64,000 nucleotides of DNA from Octopus vulgaris. Lineage: Eukaryota. The notes beneath the pieces are model-generated. The model did not search any database and was not told the origin of the DNA. It worked only from the letters and a program-made list of their open reading frames with translations. The position numbers and the translations under genes are program-made. Of the stretch, positions 38,593 to 51,969 are shown in pieces; position 1 is the first letter of the stretch, and the number at the start of each line of letters is the position of its first letter. The stretch is from contig OX597819.1 of the NCBI GenBank assembly GCA_951406725.2, positions 127,906,001 to 127,970,000 of the forward strand. The letters are read 5' to 3'.

Positions 38593-39304
38593 ACATATAT
38601 ATACGTATGTATATACACATATACTTACAAATAGACACATATATATATGAGTGATTGAGTGTGTGAGTATCTGTACGCATGTGTACGTGTTTGTGTGTGA
38701 ATGTGTGTGTGTGTGTGTTTATGTCTCTGTGTGTGTGTGTGTTTATGTCTCTGTGTGTGTGTGTGTACAGTCATGCTTTACATTTTCGTGTATATTCGGA
38801 CGTTGGAACACCCCTCGCTGCGGAAATAGCTGTGAGAGAAAATTCTTTCCATAGGCCAGGGAAGACACGCATCGGATTCTAGGATGCTCGTGTTCTCGGA
38901 TCGTTACGCTTCATCAGCTTCGAAAGTATAGTCAGTTGTTTTCAACATATTAACAACACTTTTTCTTATACACTGTTTTTTTCACACATATGGTCTATGA
39001 ACACAATTTAGCTCCGAGACTATTTTCGTAGGAAAGGATTCCGATTGTACACAAACATATTAAATATGGTTGTATATTAATCTATTTCATTTACGCCTCT
39101 AATTAATTAATTACTGCCTAAACAAGCTTTGCTTACATCAGCAAATGTACTATAGGTTTTTTCAGTCATTTTAATACGTTTATTATATTCGGGTCATTCG
39201 AAGTCGCGACAAAAATTAGCGCCATGAAGTTAGTCATTCAAATTCGTTTTTCCATTACGCAATTTTGCACTTCGGTCAAAGAATTTAGCATTTACATCAT
39301 TCAT

Positions 39305-39830
39305 ATTGAATTGCCTCAAGACTGGATTGATGCCATTTTCGTCTCCATGTGTAAATTGGGGTCTAAGGATTTGTGTGGTAATTTTTGTGGGATTTCGCTT
39401 TTGTTTGTAGTTGGAAAGGTACTTGCCTGCATTCTGTTAGAACGTATAAATACCTTCATAGTTCCAAATATAGTGTCCGAGACTCAATGTGGTTTCCGCT
39501 CCTCCGGGGGAACAGTTGATTGTATCTTTAGTATCAGACAATTTCAGGAAACGTGCATTGAACAGAATCTTGTCTTATACCATTGCTTTGTTGATTTATG
39601 CAAGGCTTTCAATACTGTTAATCGAAATACTCTGTGGCTCATTCTAAGGAAAATAGGTTGCCCAGAAAAATTTGTAAACAGGATCAGGGATTTGCATCAA
39701 GATATGAAGGCTACAGTTAATTCTGGAGACAGACTCTCTGAATCTTTAGCCGTGGAAAATGGTGTAAAGCAAAGAAACTTTGATGCACCCAGCCTCTTTG
39801 CAATATGCTTTGCTGTTGTGTTGTCACAAT
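39305..39830 (+). mobile_element. RTE-clade LINE reverse transcriptase fragment
   Basis: LPQDWIDA..CGNFCGISLL..GKVLA..SETQCGFRS..TVDCIFSIRQFQE..FVDLCKAFNTVNR..LW.IL.KIGCPEKFV..NGVKQ (BovB/RTE-type RT domains 0-4). Confidence 0.92.
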
Positions 39831-39839
39831 TTTTGCCGA

Positions 39840-40085
39840 ACCGTTAAGTTACAGGGGCGTACACACACCAAAGCTAGTTGTCGAGCGGTTGTGGAAGACA
39901 AACACTGACACAAAGACACACACTCACACGAACATATATAGAAACACACACACACATATTCAGATAGCTTATACCAAATCCAGTCACAAGTAGATAACTT
40001 TTGATAAATTTTGCCCAAGAGTAGGACTGAACCCAGACCATGTGCTTGGGAAACAAACTTCTTGACAAACACATACACCTCCTCC
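39840..40085 (-). mobile_element. CORE-type SINE family 3 (degenerate)
   Basis: Reverse complement similarity to 59634-60018. Confidence 0.65.
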
Positions 40086-40094
40086 GTCATCCTT

Positions 40095-40247
40095 TTCTAG
40101 TGGACTTTCTTCTGTTTCTGAAGAAGAGCTCTGCTCGAAGCGTCAAACCATATTTCTTTCCTTCCCTGAGCGTCTGCTAATACTTTACATGTACCTCATC
40201 CTCACATTGTCTTTTATTATGTTTGTTCTTCGTTTGGGGGATTTACT
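40095..40247 (+). mobile_element. PLE-type terminal repeat family A with minimal HHR
   Basis: GTTT-CTGAAGA(40118)-A-GAGC-TCT-GCTC-GAAG-CG-TC-AAAC; ends at (TA)n. Confidence 0.7.
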
Positions 40248-40735
40248 ATATATATATATATATAGTTTTCTTTCCCCAGTCGAGTTCTAAATTATCTTTG
40301 CAATTTCGGCTGCTTATACTCGTGGTTGCTCCAATATGGCCAGTTCCAAGGAAAAACTAAGCTAACAGCATTAGATTCCTTGGAAGAAAGCTGCGAATGT
40401 ATACGAAAAAAAGGATAGAACAAACGGAGAAATGTTATACAAATACAAATGCAAATAACAAGACATAACAACAGGTGTCTTTCGACTAATGACTAGTTAA
40501 ATTAAGCTGGCGTGTGTGGAAGTGATGCCTTACGGTAGGGACATAAGAGATGACAAGCATGGGAGGGAATATAGATGTTGCACAGATGGTAGTCGAACCA
40601 AGAAAGAAAGGTCAGGCTTGGCCGAACACCTGTTACGTGGGGAGAGAGAAGAATCTCTCTGGATGCTTTGCATTCTTGTCCCATATTTTGTATTCCTTTA
40701 TATATACATATGGCGGCGTACGTACACTTTGGTCT

Positions 40736-40772
<37 letters not shown>

Positions 40773-40870
40773 AGCTTCTGTGTGCATACACACCACAAAA
40801 ATAATGTATGTGTATGTTTGTGTGTGTGTATAAACATACATACATATTTGTAGACACACCTGTCAAAATA

Positions 40871-41075
40871 CGAGGGAGTGCTGAAAAGTTCCTGCCTTTA
40901 AATGTATCGCAAAAGACTTGGTTGGAGACCCAAACTTCAGAGTTCTTTTAAAGGGCTTAGAAAACTGAAGGGTTGCTGCAATAAGTATGAATCTGAGAGG
41001 GGAATATGTGGAATAAAATCCTAATTAATTGATCCTCCTGCTTTTTGCATTTATCCAAAGCCAGAAACTTTTCTG
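40871..41075 (+). mobile_element. Mariner-derived MITE-like deletion derivative
   Basis: TA-CGAGGGAGTGCTGAAAAGTTCCTG..CTTT left end, partial right TIR AAAGCCAGAAACTTTTC, internal KGLE.L..CCNK..LRGEYVE* mariner C-terminus. Confidence 0.7.
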
Positions 41076-41090
41076 TAAATCCTCATATAA

Positions 41091-41309
41091 TCTTTTCTAC
41101 TCTAGGTACAAGGCTCGACATTTTTGGGGGCAGTGGGGTGGGAAGTCGATTAGATCGATACCAGCAAGCAACTGGTATTTCATTTATCGACTCCGAAAAG
41201 ATGAATGGCAAAGTCGACCCCTGCGGAATTTGAACTCAGAACGTAGTGGCAGACGAAATACCGCTAAGCATTTCGCTCGGCGTGTTAACGTTTCTGCCAG
41301 CTCGCCGCC
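41091..41309 (-). mobile_element. SINE family 1
   Basis: Family head and core. Confidence 0.85.
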
Positions 41310-41543
41310 TTGATATATTGCTACAGATAAAAGCATGAGTGAGCGCGCAAACATGATTTTTTTAATTTTTAAAAATTTTTCTTTAGGAAGCAAGACTGGT
41401 CGATTACATCGATCTCGGTATTGACTGGGACTTTATTTCATCGAGCCCAAGGCATAGTTGGTTGCAGCGGGATTTGAACTGAGAACGCTTATACGATTCT
41501 TCCACCTCGCCTACGTTAATGTATTTCTCAGTTTCTCTCTCTC

Positions 41544-41577
<34 letters not shown>

Positions 41578-42396
41578 GTACATACATAAATATATATAGA
41601 TGCACATACACACACACAAATATATATATATATATGTACATGTGTGTGCGTGGGCGTGTGTGTGTGCACGTGTGTATATATATGCCCGTCCGTGTGTGCT
41701 TGTGTGTGTCTATGACTGAAAGAAGAAATAGACCGAGTAAGTGAATTAAACCTTGTATGGGAGTGGTAGGATGAGGGAGACGAAGAGAAACGGAACGGGT
41801 AGCAATAAATATGTAGAAATTGGACAAGATACAGAATTGATGGAGTATGTCATTTAGATGCCTTAATAGGATAATTCTTACTGCTGGAATACATAGCATT
41901 TGAGTAACATCAACTTTATCATGTTGTGTCCGTGGAGGGTCACACTGTCTTAACTTTATTGCTATTTTTGAATTTCTACTTAGGAATACTCATATTGGTG
42001 TTGTGTGTTATTCCTATGACCTCTGATGAGAAGTATTCAAGATTTAATGCGAATTTTGCTGCAGTATATTAAGGACTACATTATCCTTTGTGTCCTTTCT
42101 TTCCTAGACAGTAAGGTATGGTTTGAAAGAGATTGGCTGGTATGTGTAGCATGTGAAATAGCTATATAGCGACTCCTTCGTTGGTTTGTTTTAATTGAAG
42201 TTTTTATGATCAGTACCTCCAGCGGTTTTGCTAAAGGGCTGGAATGTTGTTCTTTAATACTGCCCTATTTAGTTGATATGAACTAGTTCAAACATTTTTG
42301 TATCAGCAGCTTTTATATTTACGCAACGTATTAAAATATGATTATAGTTCTGATTGGAAAGAAACAGAGTTCCGAACTAACTACCGTGGAGCCTAG

Positions 42397-42682
42397 CGGC
42401 AGGTATTTAAAGGGAAAAATTTGACAAGTCAGTCAGTCGCCGATGACACTCGCTGATGATACATCGAAGAGGCCAGGAAACAGAAGAAAGAAGAAGAAAG
42501 AAGACATGCACCCAACACCAGAGCTGAAGACACCTCCGAAAGGGGTGGGAGGCGCCACGTCAAAACGGTAGACGAGTAGGGGCCGAAACCGGACGTGGTT
42601 CCTCCTGATGATGACTTGAGCTAACTGGATCCTATAAAGGAGCTGTTGTGGTAGCAGACCACGAAACACGGCTGTAATTCCT
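42397..42682 (+). mobile_element. Unclassified ~285-bp dispersed element with three CTGANGA boxes (copy 1)
   Basis: Closely similar to 52426-52710 with the same ends CGGCAGGTATTTAAAGGG...TGTAATTCCT. Confidence 0.8.
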
Positions 42683-43272
42683 CCGTTGCTTTTCTTAAAT
42701 TCTGATCCATACGCCAATGTTTACTTTTTTTTTGTTGTGTAGCGTTTCTAGCGACCGATTTTGCAGGGGGTTTCGTAAATTATTATATTTATATGTGGTA
42801 ATGCATGTTTATTATTTCTGTTGTAGGTGAAATATAGATTAGATGTACTAAAATGTGTATAACTCTCAAGCTTTGCCAAATTATAAAGTATTACTTTCGA
42901 TTCAAAAGAACAAGACATCAGTTTTCTAAGAGAAACTGAATGAGATGTCAGGAAGTGACACGGTTCCAGCTGTCAATCGATATCATGCTATGGCTTCGAT
43001 CTGGCCAGAGTTAATTGTATGAAATAGACTTTTTCTTCCCCATTTTTAATTTTTTTTTCATCTTCGCAGGAAATGCATTGAAATCATATCATATCAAAGT
43101 CATTTGTTATACGACAACGTTTAGAATAAATCACTTGATTTTAATAACAGAAGGCTTTCAGTTTCTGCATCTTTCTATTGAGATGCAGAAAGTTGCATTG
43201 TAATAGACTTATGGAAACATATGTCGGTTGAAGGAAAATAGAAGCGAATCAAAACGGAGTTACATATTGATT

Positions 43273-43480
43273 TCTGATTTTGGCACAAGAAGAGCAATTT
43301 CGAGCGATGGGCTAAGTCAATTACATCGACCCTAGTGTTCAACTGGCATTTATTTTATCTATCCCGGAAGGATGAATGGCAAAGTCGACCTCGGCGGTAT
43401 TTGAACACAGAACGTAAGGACGGATGAGATGCCACTAAGCATTTTTCCCGGCACGATAACGATTCTCCCAACTCACTGCC
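43273..43480 (-). mobile_element. SINE family 1 (alternative tail) with 22-bp TSD
   Basis: AAAACGGAGTTACATATTGATT at 43251-43272 and 43483-43504. Confidence 0.9.
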
Positions 43481-44555
43481 TTAAAACGGAGTTACATATT
43501 GATTCTTCTAACACGTTCAAAACATCTTACAATGATAAACCCGTACGAATAAAATAATACACATATATTAAGAGAAGACTGATCTTGCTACTTCTTGGTA
43601 ACTAGTTCTGTATGTCATACTTCCCCCTTCAGCATTTACCATTTGTGTCAAATCCCCTGAGGTGGAATCTTGGTGCAATTGATAAGAATTAAAACAGATT
43701 CTTAATTTATTTGTCGATTCGTTCCAGTTATACATTTTCTCTCATTTGCGAAAACAGATTTGAGCTATTTTTTTTTCTTGTAGCCAAGAAACAGAAAAAA
43801 ATGAAGATATTCTGTGATGAAGAACAGTGCTGATTAAATACCCTTCATCTCTGAGGGTAAAAAGAGAAACGTAATTCTCAAAAGCAAATATGTTTTCTAG
43901 GAAATAACGAAGCTATAACTTTGAAGTTAGGAACAGATGTCAGGCAAATATCGCAGAAATAAGAAAAGTTAAATTAAAAGAAAAAAGACAAGAATGAAAC
44001 TATTTCCAACTAATAAATATGTAACTAAAGAAATAAGATAAATGAAGTGTGAAAAGATTTTAAAATGATAGTTATGATATTCAAGATCAAATTAACTGAC
44101 GGTTGAAATACTTTCAACCTGACTGTGGAATCACAAGAATTTGTCAGTCTTCTTAAACAATTATTTTCAAAAGGCCTTCGTGTTTTTTTCTATGCATGAT
44201 GCTAGCACCTGTGACCTTGGAGATATGTTTTTTTCTTTGTCTAATTTGTAGATTGAGGCTCACACAAAGCTGAAATGTTTCAACACGTAGTCTAGGATTT
44301 TTGAACAGGCCAAGCTTCTAAATTTCTTTTGGAAAATGTTTTTGTCGAAATACTTATTGCTATGTAGTTATATATATTCAAAGAAATTTACATAACAGTT
44401 GCGACTCACAAATAAAAAAACACGTGTAAGACAAATTACAGTAAAACACACACTAACACACACAAACCATCGCACACATGTTTGTATGTATATATGTATG
44501 TATGAATACATATATAAATGTATATGTATATACATATATATATATACATATATGT

Positions 44556-44609
<54 letters not shown>

Positions 44610-44689
44610 TCACATATATACATATACATATATACATACATATATGTATATGCGTGTATGTGTGTGTATGTGTGTGCGTGTGTGTGTTT

Positions 44690-44915
44690 GTATGTGTGGG
44701 TGTGTGTTTGTGTCTGTTTGTTGCCCATCACCGCTTGAAACAGATGCTGGTGTGCTTATGTCCCCGGAACTTAGCGGTTTGGCAAGTGTCCAATAGAAGA
44801 AGTTCTAGGCTTTAACGATTAAATCCTAAGGTCGATTCATTCGATTAATAAAATCCAATGTGTTGCACCAGTGTGGCCGCAGTCTAATCATTGAAGCAAG
44901 CAAAAGATAAGAAAT
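44690..44915 (+). mobile_element. SINE family 3, 3' half
   Basis: CCGCTTGAAACAGATGCTGGTGTG..TCCCCGGAACTTAGCGGTTTGGCAA..TGGCCGCAGTC. Confidence 0.7.
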
Positions 44916-45293
44916 ATATATTTATACATTAGGGGACGTAGCGCCATTCTAAAGATAACTGTTGCAAGAGCATGAAAAACTTATAGCAGGACATCTACCA
45001 TGTACATTATAATTCATTCCACATTTATCTTTTGTTTTTAAAATCAAAATAATGAAATAATATTACAGTAAAGTATTTTTTGAAATGTAGCTTCGATTCT
45101 CAAATTTCTGCCTTTAGGGTTTAATTGTAGCTTTTTTAGCAAACAGTTGGGAAGTAGCCACAATATGTTCAGGTAATACATTCACAGTAATTTCGAAAAA
45201 ATTTAAGGCACCATGAAATTATTTGTTATGTTGTGTAGCAAAGACGGAAAACTGTTTTGTCCACACTTATTTTCGCTTAGTTATCTATTATAA

Positions 45294-45524
45294 GGCGGCG
45301 AGCTGGCAGAAACGTTAGCACGCTGGGCGAAATGCTTAGCCGTATTTCGTCTGTCGTTACGTTCTGAGTTCAAATTCCGCCGAGGTAGACTTTGCCTTTT
45401 ATCCTTTCGGGGTAGATAAATAAAGTACCAGTTACGCACTGGGGTCGATGTAATTGACTTAATCCCTTTGTCTGTCCATGTTTGTCCCCTCTGTGTTTAG
45501 CCCCATGTGGGTAGTAAAGAAATA
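45294..45524 (+). mobile_element. SINE family 1, full length
   Basis: Near-identical to the other full copies. Confidence 0.9.
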
Positions 45525-46869
45525 GATATTACTCTTCGGTAGCCAAGTCTCTTTCAATAGAAAACAAAGCCATCTAAAAGATCGTTAACAACTGCGGCAG
45601 TTGTTGGTAAGATAAGAAGCAAGTGAAACAATGTAGATGCTAGAATATATAGATCAGATATCATTACTGATCATGAAATTAAGAATTTAACTGAAATGTT
45701 CGGCATCTGAATTAGTATCGCGATTAGTGCTCATTATTTTTTCGTATGCGTCGAATCAATGAATCTCGTACGATTTAACGTTTACTATAATAGATGTTTG
45801 CTAAAAATCTTAACTTGCTTGCATTTTCCATTCTCAACATGGTTTGAACCTGAAATACTATATTTGAGATTATATATTTAAAAATTTTCAAAACTTCTAT
45901 TCGTGCTATTTATAGCAGATACGGTATTTTGACACTTTTTAACAAACGAAAGAATATTTCTCCGCGGTAACTACAATGAATTTGCCTTTAGAAGTTAAAA
46001 TATGTCACAAACATATTTTAAAATAGTGTACATTTAAACACAAAAGAAAACTACCCTTTAACAGGTAATTTTTGCATGCTAGAAATAGCAGTCAACACGG
46101 CCAAAACCACGATTTAATAGCAATGTTCGAAGTAAATGAAAAATAATATGTACGTATGTATGTATGTATGTATGTATGTATGTATGTATGTATGTATGTA
46201 TGTATGTATGTACGTACGTATGCATATAAGTATATACACACACACACACATGTACACATTCAGTTTTGCTTACAAATTGTAATTCATCATTGTAAATACT
46301 AAAAATACAGGATCATTTCATTTCATTCCAGTGTTATTTTGTAGGTCACCTCCACCATTTGTGTACGGTTCTATTCTGATATCTGTCGGAGATTTATATT
46401 TTCCCGTTAACTATTGATATATTTCTGGTTGTTTTTCGTTTTCCTGTGTATTCTAATTGATATAATTTATTTATTTGTTTATTGAATTATGTGTTTATTT
46501 ATTTTGATTGATGTAATCTTTCGCTGTTTTCTACATTTATTCTTCTGTTCGCCGTTCGTTTAGCTTATATACATTCCCTTGGAATGTTTTGTGAGAAATC
46601 GCTGCCATTTTTTCTGTTCGGCCCACACTAAGAAATATTAATAGGCTAAGACATTAGGGAACTAATAAACAAACACACACACACAGACGCACACACACAC
46701 ACACACACACATACGCACACACACACACACATACGCACACACACATATACATACATACATACGAACACACGCACATGCAAACACAGTCACAAATGTATCT
46801 ATATTTTGAGATGGAGACAGAGGCAGAAAGAGAGATGTAAAGGTAGATATGGTACCTTCATACATACAC

Positions 46870-46906
<37 letters not shown>

Positions 46907-46990
46907 GGAGTAAACACATAAATGTGAAACAAGGTGGAAAAAAGAGTACTCAAATACCAGTGGTAGAGTAATATGCTTTATTCTAGCAAA

Positions 46991-47033
46991 AACTATCCGA
47001 CGAACGGCAACGGGAAACTCAGAGTAACAGGTT
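46991..47033 (+). ncRNA. Minimal hammerhead-like motif with CCGACGA core in a TA-flanked element (46905-47062)
   Basis: AACTAT-CCGACGA-ACGGCAACGG-GAAA-CTCAGAG-TA-ACAGGTT; stem III ACTC/GAGT; AATAAA then (TA)n downstream. Confidence 0.55.
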
Positions 47034-47098
47034 TTGTTGAATTTTCTGCTGCTTTAAATAAAGTATATATATATATATATAAAGAGAGAGAGAGAGAT

Positions 47099-47135
<37 letters not shown>

Positions 47136-48064
47136 AAGAGAGAGAGAAAAAGAGAGAGAGAGAGAGAGAGAGCGACAGACAGACAGAGAGGGAGAGAGAG
47201 AGAGGGAGAGAGAGAAGGAGAGAGAGAGGGAAAGAGAGGGAGAGAGAGAAGGAGAGAGAGGGAGAAAGAGAGGGGCATATGTAATTGTTGCATTTGTATA
47301 GCTTTGTAGTATATGAGCATGAATATAATACATCTATTCAAGCATTATATATACACAGATATATATGGGCGTGTGTGTGTGTGTGTGTGTGTGATTTTGA
47401 CAGGCCTTCCTTTCTGTTGTTGAAGATGAAGTACATCACAAGAGCAAAAATATGCGTTCTCTTTTGATAAACAGCTGACATCTGCTTCATTACGTCCAGC
47501 GATCAGCAACAACAACAACAACGACATCTACAACAATAACGACGACGTTAACACTTAGATGTGTTATGGTTAGAAGCTACAACAGGAACACGAATATTAA
47601 TGTTTCTAATTGAGACAGCGATGTTGGTGATGAAGATGATGGCGAGGATAGATACCACAGCCCCCGACGACGATGAGGAAGAGGAGGAGGTGATTGTGTA
47701 GACGAATGATGATGATGATGATGATGATTTTCTTGATGATGCGGACGTTGATAAACTGTACAAGCTCCAAGATGGAATGTTGACAACCGAAAACCTGACG
47801 TAAGAATTTGAAACCAATGGAGGGAATAAGTTATGATCTACTTCAGAAAGATGATGTTACTTTCCATTATCCTCCTCCTCCTTATCATCATCATCAACAT
47901 CATCATCATCATCATCATCAACAACATCATCATCACCATCATCATCATCATCATCATCGTCATCATATAAGTCATTGTCGGTAGTATTTTTGTTGATTTT
48001 CTTCTCATTTCTATTCTTACGTCGTGCAGTTCAAATAATCCACTGTTTTCACGTACATCCCAAA

Positions 48065-48911
48065 TTCACACACATACACACACATATGCACACATATACA
48101 CGCATACACACTCATACACATACATAGATACGTACGTACATTCATACATACATACATACATACATAATACATACATACGTACGTACGTACATACATACAT
48201 ACATACATATATACATACATACGTACATACGTACATACATACATACATACATACATACATGCATGCATGCATACATACGCACATACATACATACATACAC
48301 ACATACATACATACAAACATACATACATACATACATACGTACGTACGTACGTACATACATACATACAAACATACATACATACATACATACATACAAACAT
48401 ACGTACATACATACATACATACAAACATACATACATACATACATACATACATACACACACATACATACATACATATATACATGCATGCATACATACATAC
48501 ATACATACATACATACATACATACATACATACATACATACATACATTCATACATACATACATTCATACATTCAAACATACATACATACATACATACATAC
48601 ATACACACACACATACATACATACATAAATACATACATACACACACATACATACATACATACATATATACATGCATACATACATACATACATACATACAT
48701 ACATACATACATTCATACATACATACATTCATACATACATACATACATACATACATTCATACATTCAAACATACATACATACATACATACATACATACAT
48801 ACATACATACATACATACATACGTACGTACGTACGTACGTACGTACATACATACATACATACATACATACCTGCATATATATATACATACATACATACAT
48901 ACATACATACA

Positions 48912-48945
<34 letters not shown>

Positions 48946-49052
48946 CATACGTACGTACATACATACATACATACATATATACATACATACATACATACAT
49001 ACACACACATAGATATATACATACAATCATTCATACATACAAACATGCATAC
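48065..49052. repeat. ~1-kb (TACA)n compound microsatellite
   Basis: Direct reading; source of the MYVC/HTYI ORFs. Confidence 0.97.
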
Positions 49053-49525
49053 ACGATGACTGTCCACTCGTGACCGAGGGAGATCACCACTGACCATTGC
49101 CCGTGCAAAATGCCACCAATGCCCGTGCATAATATGTTTGCACCCGAGGTCGACTTCCTCCGGTCTCGCGCTCACGGCTTACGTTCTTGTAGCAGTGGCC
49201 TCTTAATCGAACGGGCATCGGAAAGTAACCTCGCCTGCAATCGCGCAACACCTCACTGACCCTCGCCACCATATTCATATGATCCAGAGAGACAAGCAAA
49301 GGTAAGAGACCTTGTGTGAATATGCTCAGGAATGAAGGAGCGCCTTGATCTCAAGCGAAGGATCCACAAAATGTCTAATGCCATTCCTTGCATATCTTGT
49401 TTTATCTTAGAATGACCTAATCTTAGAGACTTGCTTTCACAAAAGCTGAGAACTGTCTGAATCCCGACAGTCTTTCAGCAAGCCGGACACCAGCCCGGTA
49501 ATTTTGAGGGCTCATTCTTTTACTT

Positions 49526-49722
49526 TTTTCTTTATTGCCCAAAAGGGGTTAAACACAGAGGGGACAAACAAGGACAGACAAACGGATTAAGTCGATTATA
49601 TCGACCCCAGTGTGTAACTGGTACTTAATTTATCGACCTCGAAAGAATGAAAGGCAAATTCGACTTCAGCGGAATTTGAACTCAGAACGTAACGGCGTGC
49701 AGACGTTTCTGCCAGCTCGCCG
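49526..49722 (-). mobile_element. SINE family 1 with internal deletion
   Basis: Head and tail present; ~25 nt missing after the head. Confidence 0.85.
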
Positions 49723-50869
49723 TTCTATTGATAGATAGTCTTTGAACTTACACTATGTCCATCTCTCCTTTTGACAGGCCTTGATGTTAGTTCTACAGGA
49801 TTTCTAGTAACTTTCCTCACCAGCAAGACCAGTGGATGGGTTAGGCTTAGTCGCCGACGACCCGACCATGCAACAGGTTTACTGGATCCCATGTTACCAG
49901 TAACGTTCATGAGAGGCCTCACATGTGACCTGAGATACATACATACATACATACATGCATACATACATACATACATACATACATACATACATACATACAT
50001 ACATACATACATACATACATACATACATAAATACATATATGCATGCATATATACATACAAACATATAAACATAAAATCATACATACATAATTAAATAATG
50101 ACTGTCAATACGTCATTGTTTATGAACTTAGTTTAAATTCCAGCTTTTCATATAGATATTCTATGGTACTTGGCCGAATGGTTAAGTTCATTTTGCAATA
50201 ATGTGGTTCCAGGTTTGATCCCATTGCGTAGCATTTCACATAAATTTCGTATTCTATAGCCTCATTGTTTATAAGCGAAATTGAATAACTGGAAACTGTA
50301 TTGAAGCCCTTTGGGAAGATTGATCCTGTGATTCAAAATGTACAGCGTTGACGCACAATGTGCCACGCTCGGTCTACTTGAGAATTACATTAAAGGAACA
50401 TATGTCTATGGAATACTCATCCACTTACACGTTATCTCAGGAGCAGACATTTTTCTTGTTCGAACTGCTGGTAGTGAATCTCTGCCATGCGACAATGAAG
50501 ATTCATCTTCGCCGCCACCACCACCACCACCACCACATTCCCAGGATAATGAAAATACATCAGTGCGATAGCACCTCACGTAGGATGTAGCGTGGCCCCA
50601 CCTAAACTACAAATTATGTATGCCATCATCGTGAATGAGAAAAATGTGGAATTGGTCGTGTTTCATTGTTTTGAGCACAGGTGATACCAAGACTGCCGTA
50701 ATGAAAGATCCGTTATTTGAATACCTTCTTAAAAAGATTTATTGATAATGCAAGGTAGTCATATGGAAAAGAAAATTAGGAATACCTGTTCCTTGTGTAT
50801 ACATGCATACATAAACACACTCAGACACATATAGATAGACGCCATAATAGATCGTTAGCCACTACACAC

Positions 50870-51039
50870 ATTTTCTTTCTCTCCTTGTTTCTCTCCTTGT
50901 TTTTTCTGTGTCCCTTTCTGTAGAAGATCGTAGGCTCGAAACGTAGAAGACTTTTTCTGTTCCTGAGCGTTATACTAATACATATGTTTGTTTTGTACAC
51001 CACCTGTCTTTGTCTTTTGTTTTTTTCGTAAAATCTCCC

Positions 51040-51040
<1 letters not shown>
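50870..51040 (+). mobile_element. PLE-type terminal repeat family B (copy 2), HHR-like motif with CTGTAGA core
   Basis: CTTT-CTGTAGA(50918)-AGATCGTAGGCTC-GAAA-CG-TA-GAAG; ends at (TAGA)n. Confidence 0.7.
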
Positions 51041-51130
<90 letters not shown>

Positions 51131-51969
51131 TCAGACAGACAGACAGACAGATCACACAACAAATACGAGATATGGCTGAGAAAAAGTGCACATTTTCTCC
51201 GCAGAGTCACACGAGTGAAAGCAGATGCCTGAAAGCGTAGATGTATAAAGCTAAAGGACAACACAGAAGTGTACAACGAAGCTCAATATGTTAAAAAAGG
51301 AAACTATTGAATATGAGATTTTGGGTGACGCCTTTTATCAAAAAGAAGGAGAAATAAAAACAGAAAAAAAGAAGTGTGAAACAAGCGAAAAAGTAAAAGG
51401 TGACAGGAACCAAAAAAGACATATTTGCGTCGCTGGTCTTGGATAGAATGAACGTTAATGTGGAAGTAAACAAGCAGAAGTGGCGGCATAATCTGAGATT
51501 AAACATCGAGATTAAATAGACAAGGATGGAGGGATTCAGAAAGATGGGAAATAAATAAAGAGAAAAGGATGAGAAAGCGAGAAAGTTTGATTGTACACAC
51601 ACACAAATTCATATACATATATAATGAGAGAGACAAGAGGGAGAAATGTGGCTACATCTACATGACTTTATATGATGCTAAATAAATCATTCATCATATA
51701 ATTATGTTCCAACAAGTTGTCACTAAATAATATTATTCTGTTGTGTTCTGTGTCCGGGGGCTCAAGATTATCAGTATTTTTCGTAGGTGAATTCGTAGGT
51801 CATTTTGTTTTTCTCTTCGTTGTTAATTACTGTTCCAATATGATTGAAATTGTTATAACTCCTCTTTTATTATTGCTATCACATAATTAAATATTTATCC
51901 TTATTGAAATTCAGCCAGTTTGAAAACTATGTTATGCAACGAAATATCACATCATTTTTTTTTTATTAA

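Noticed and set aside
39224-39847. 207-aa ORF as a functional gene
   Set aside because: Isolated RTE RT fragment truncated before the YADD motif.
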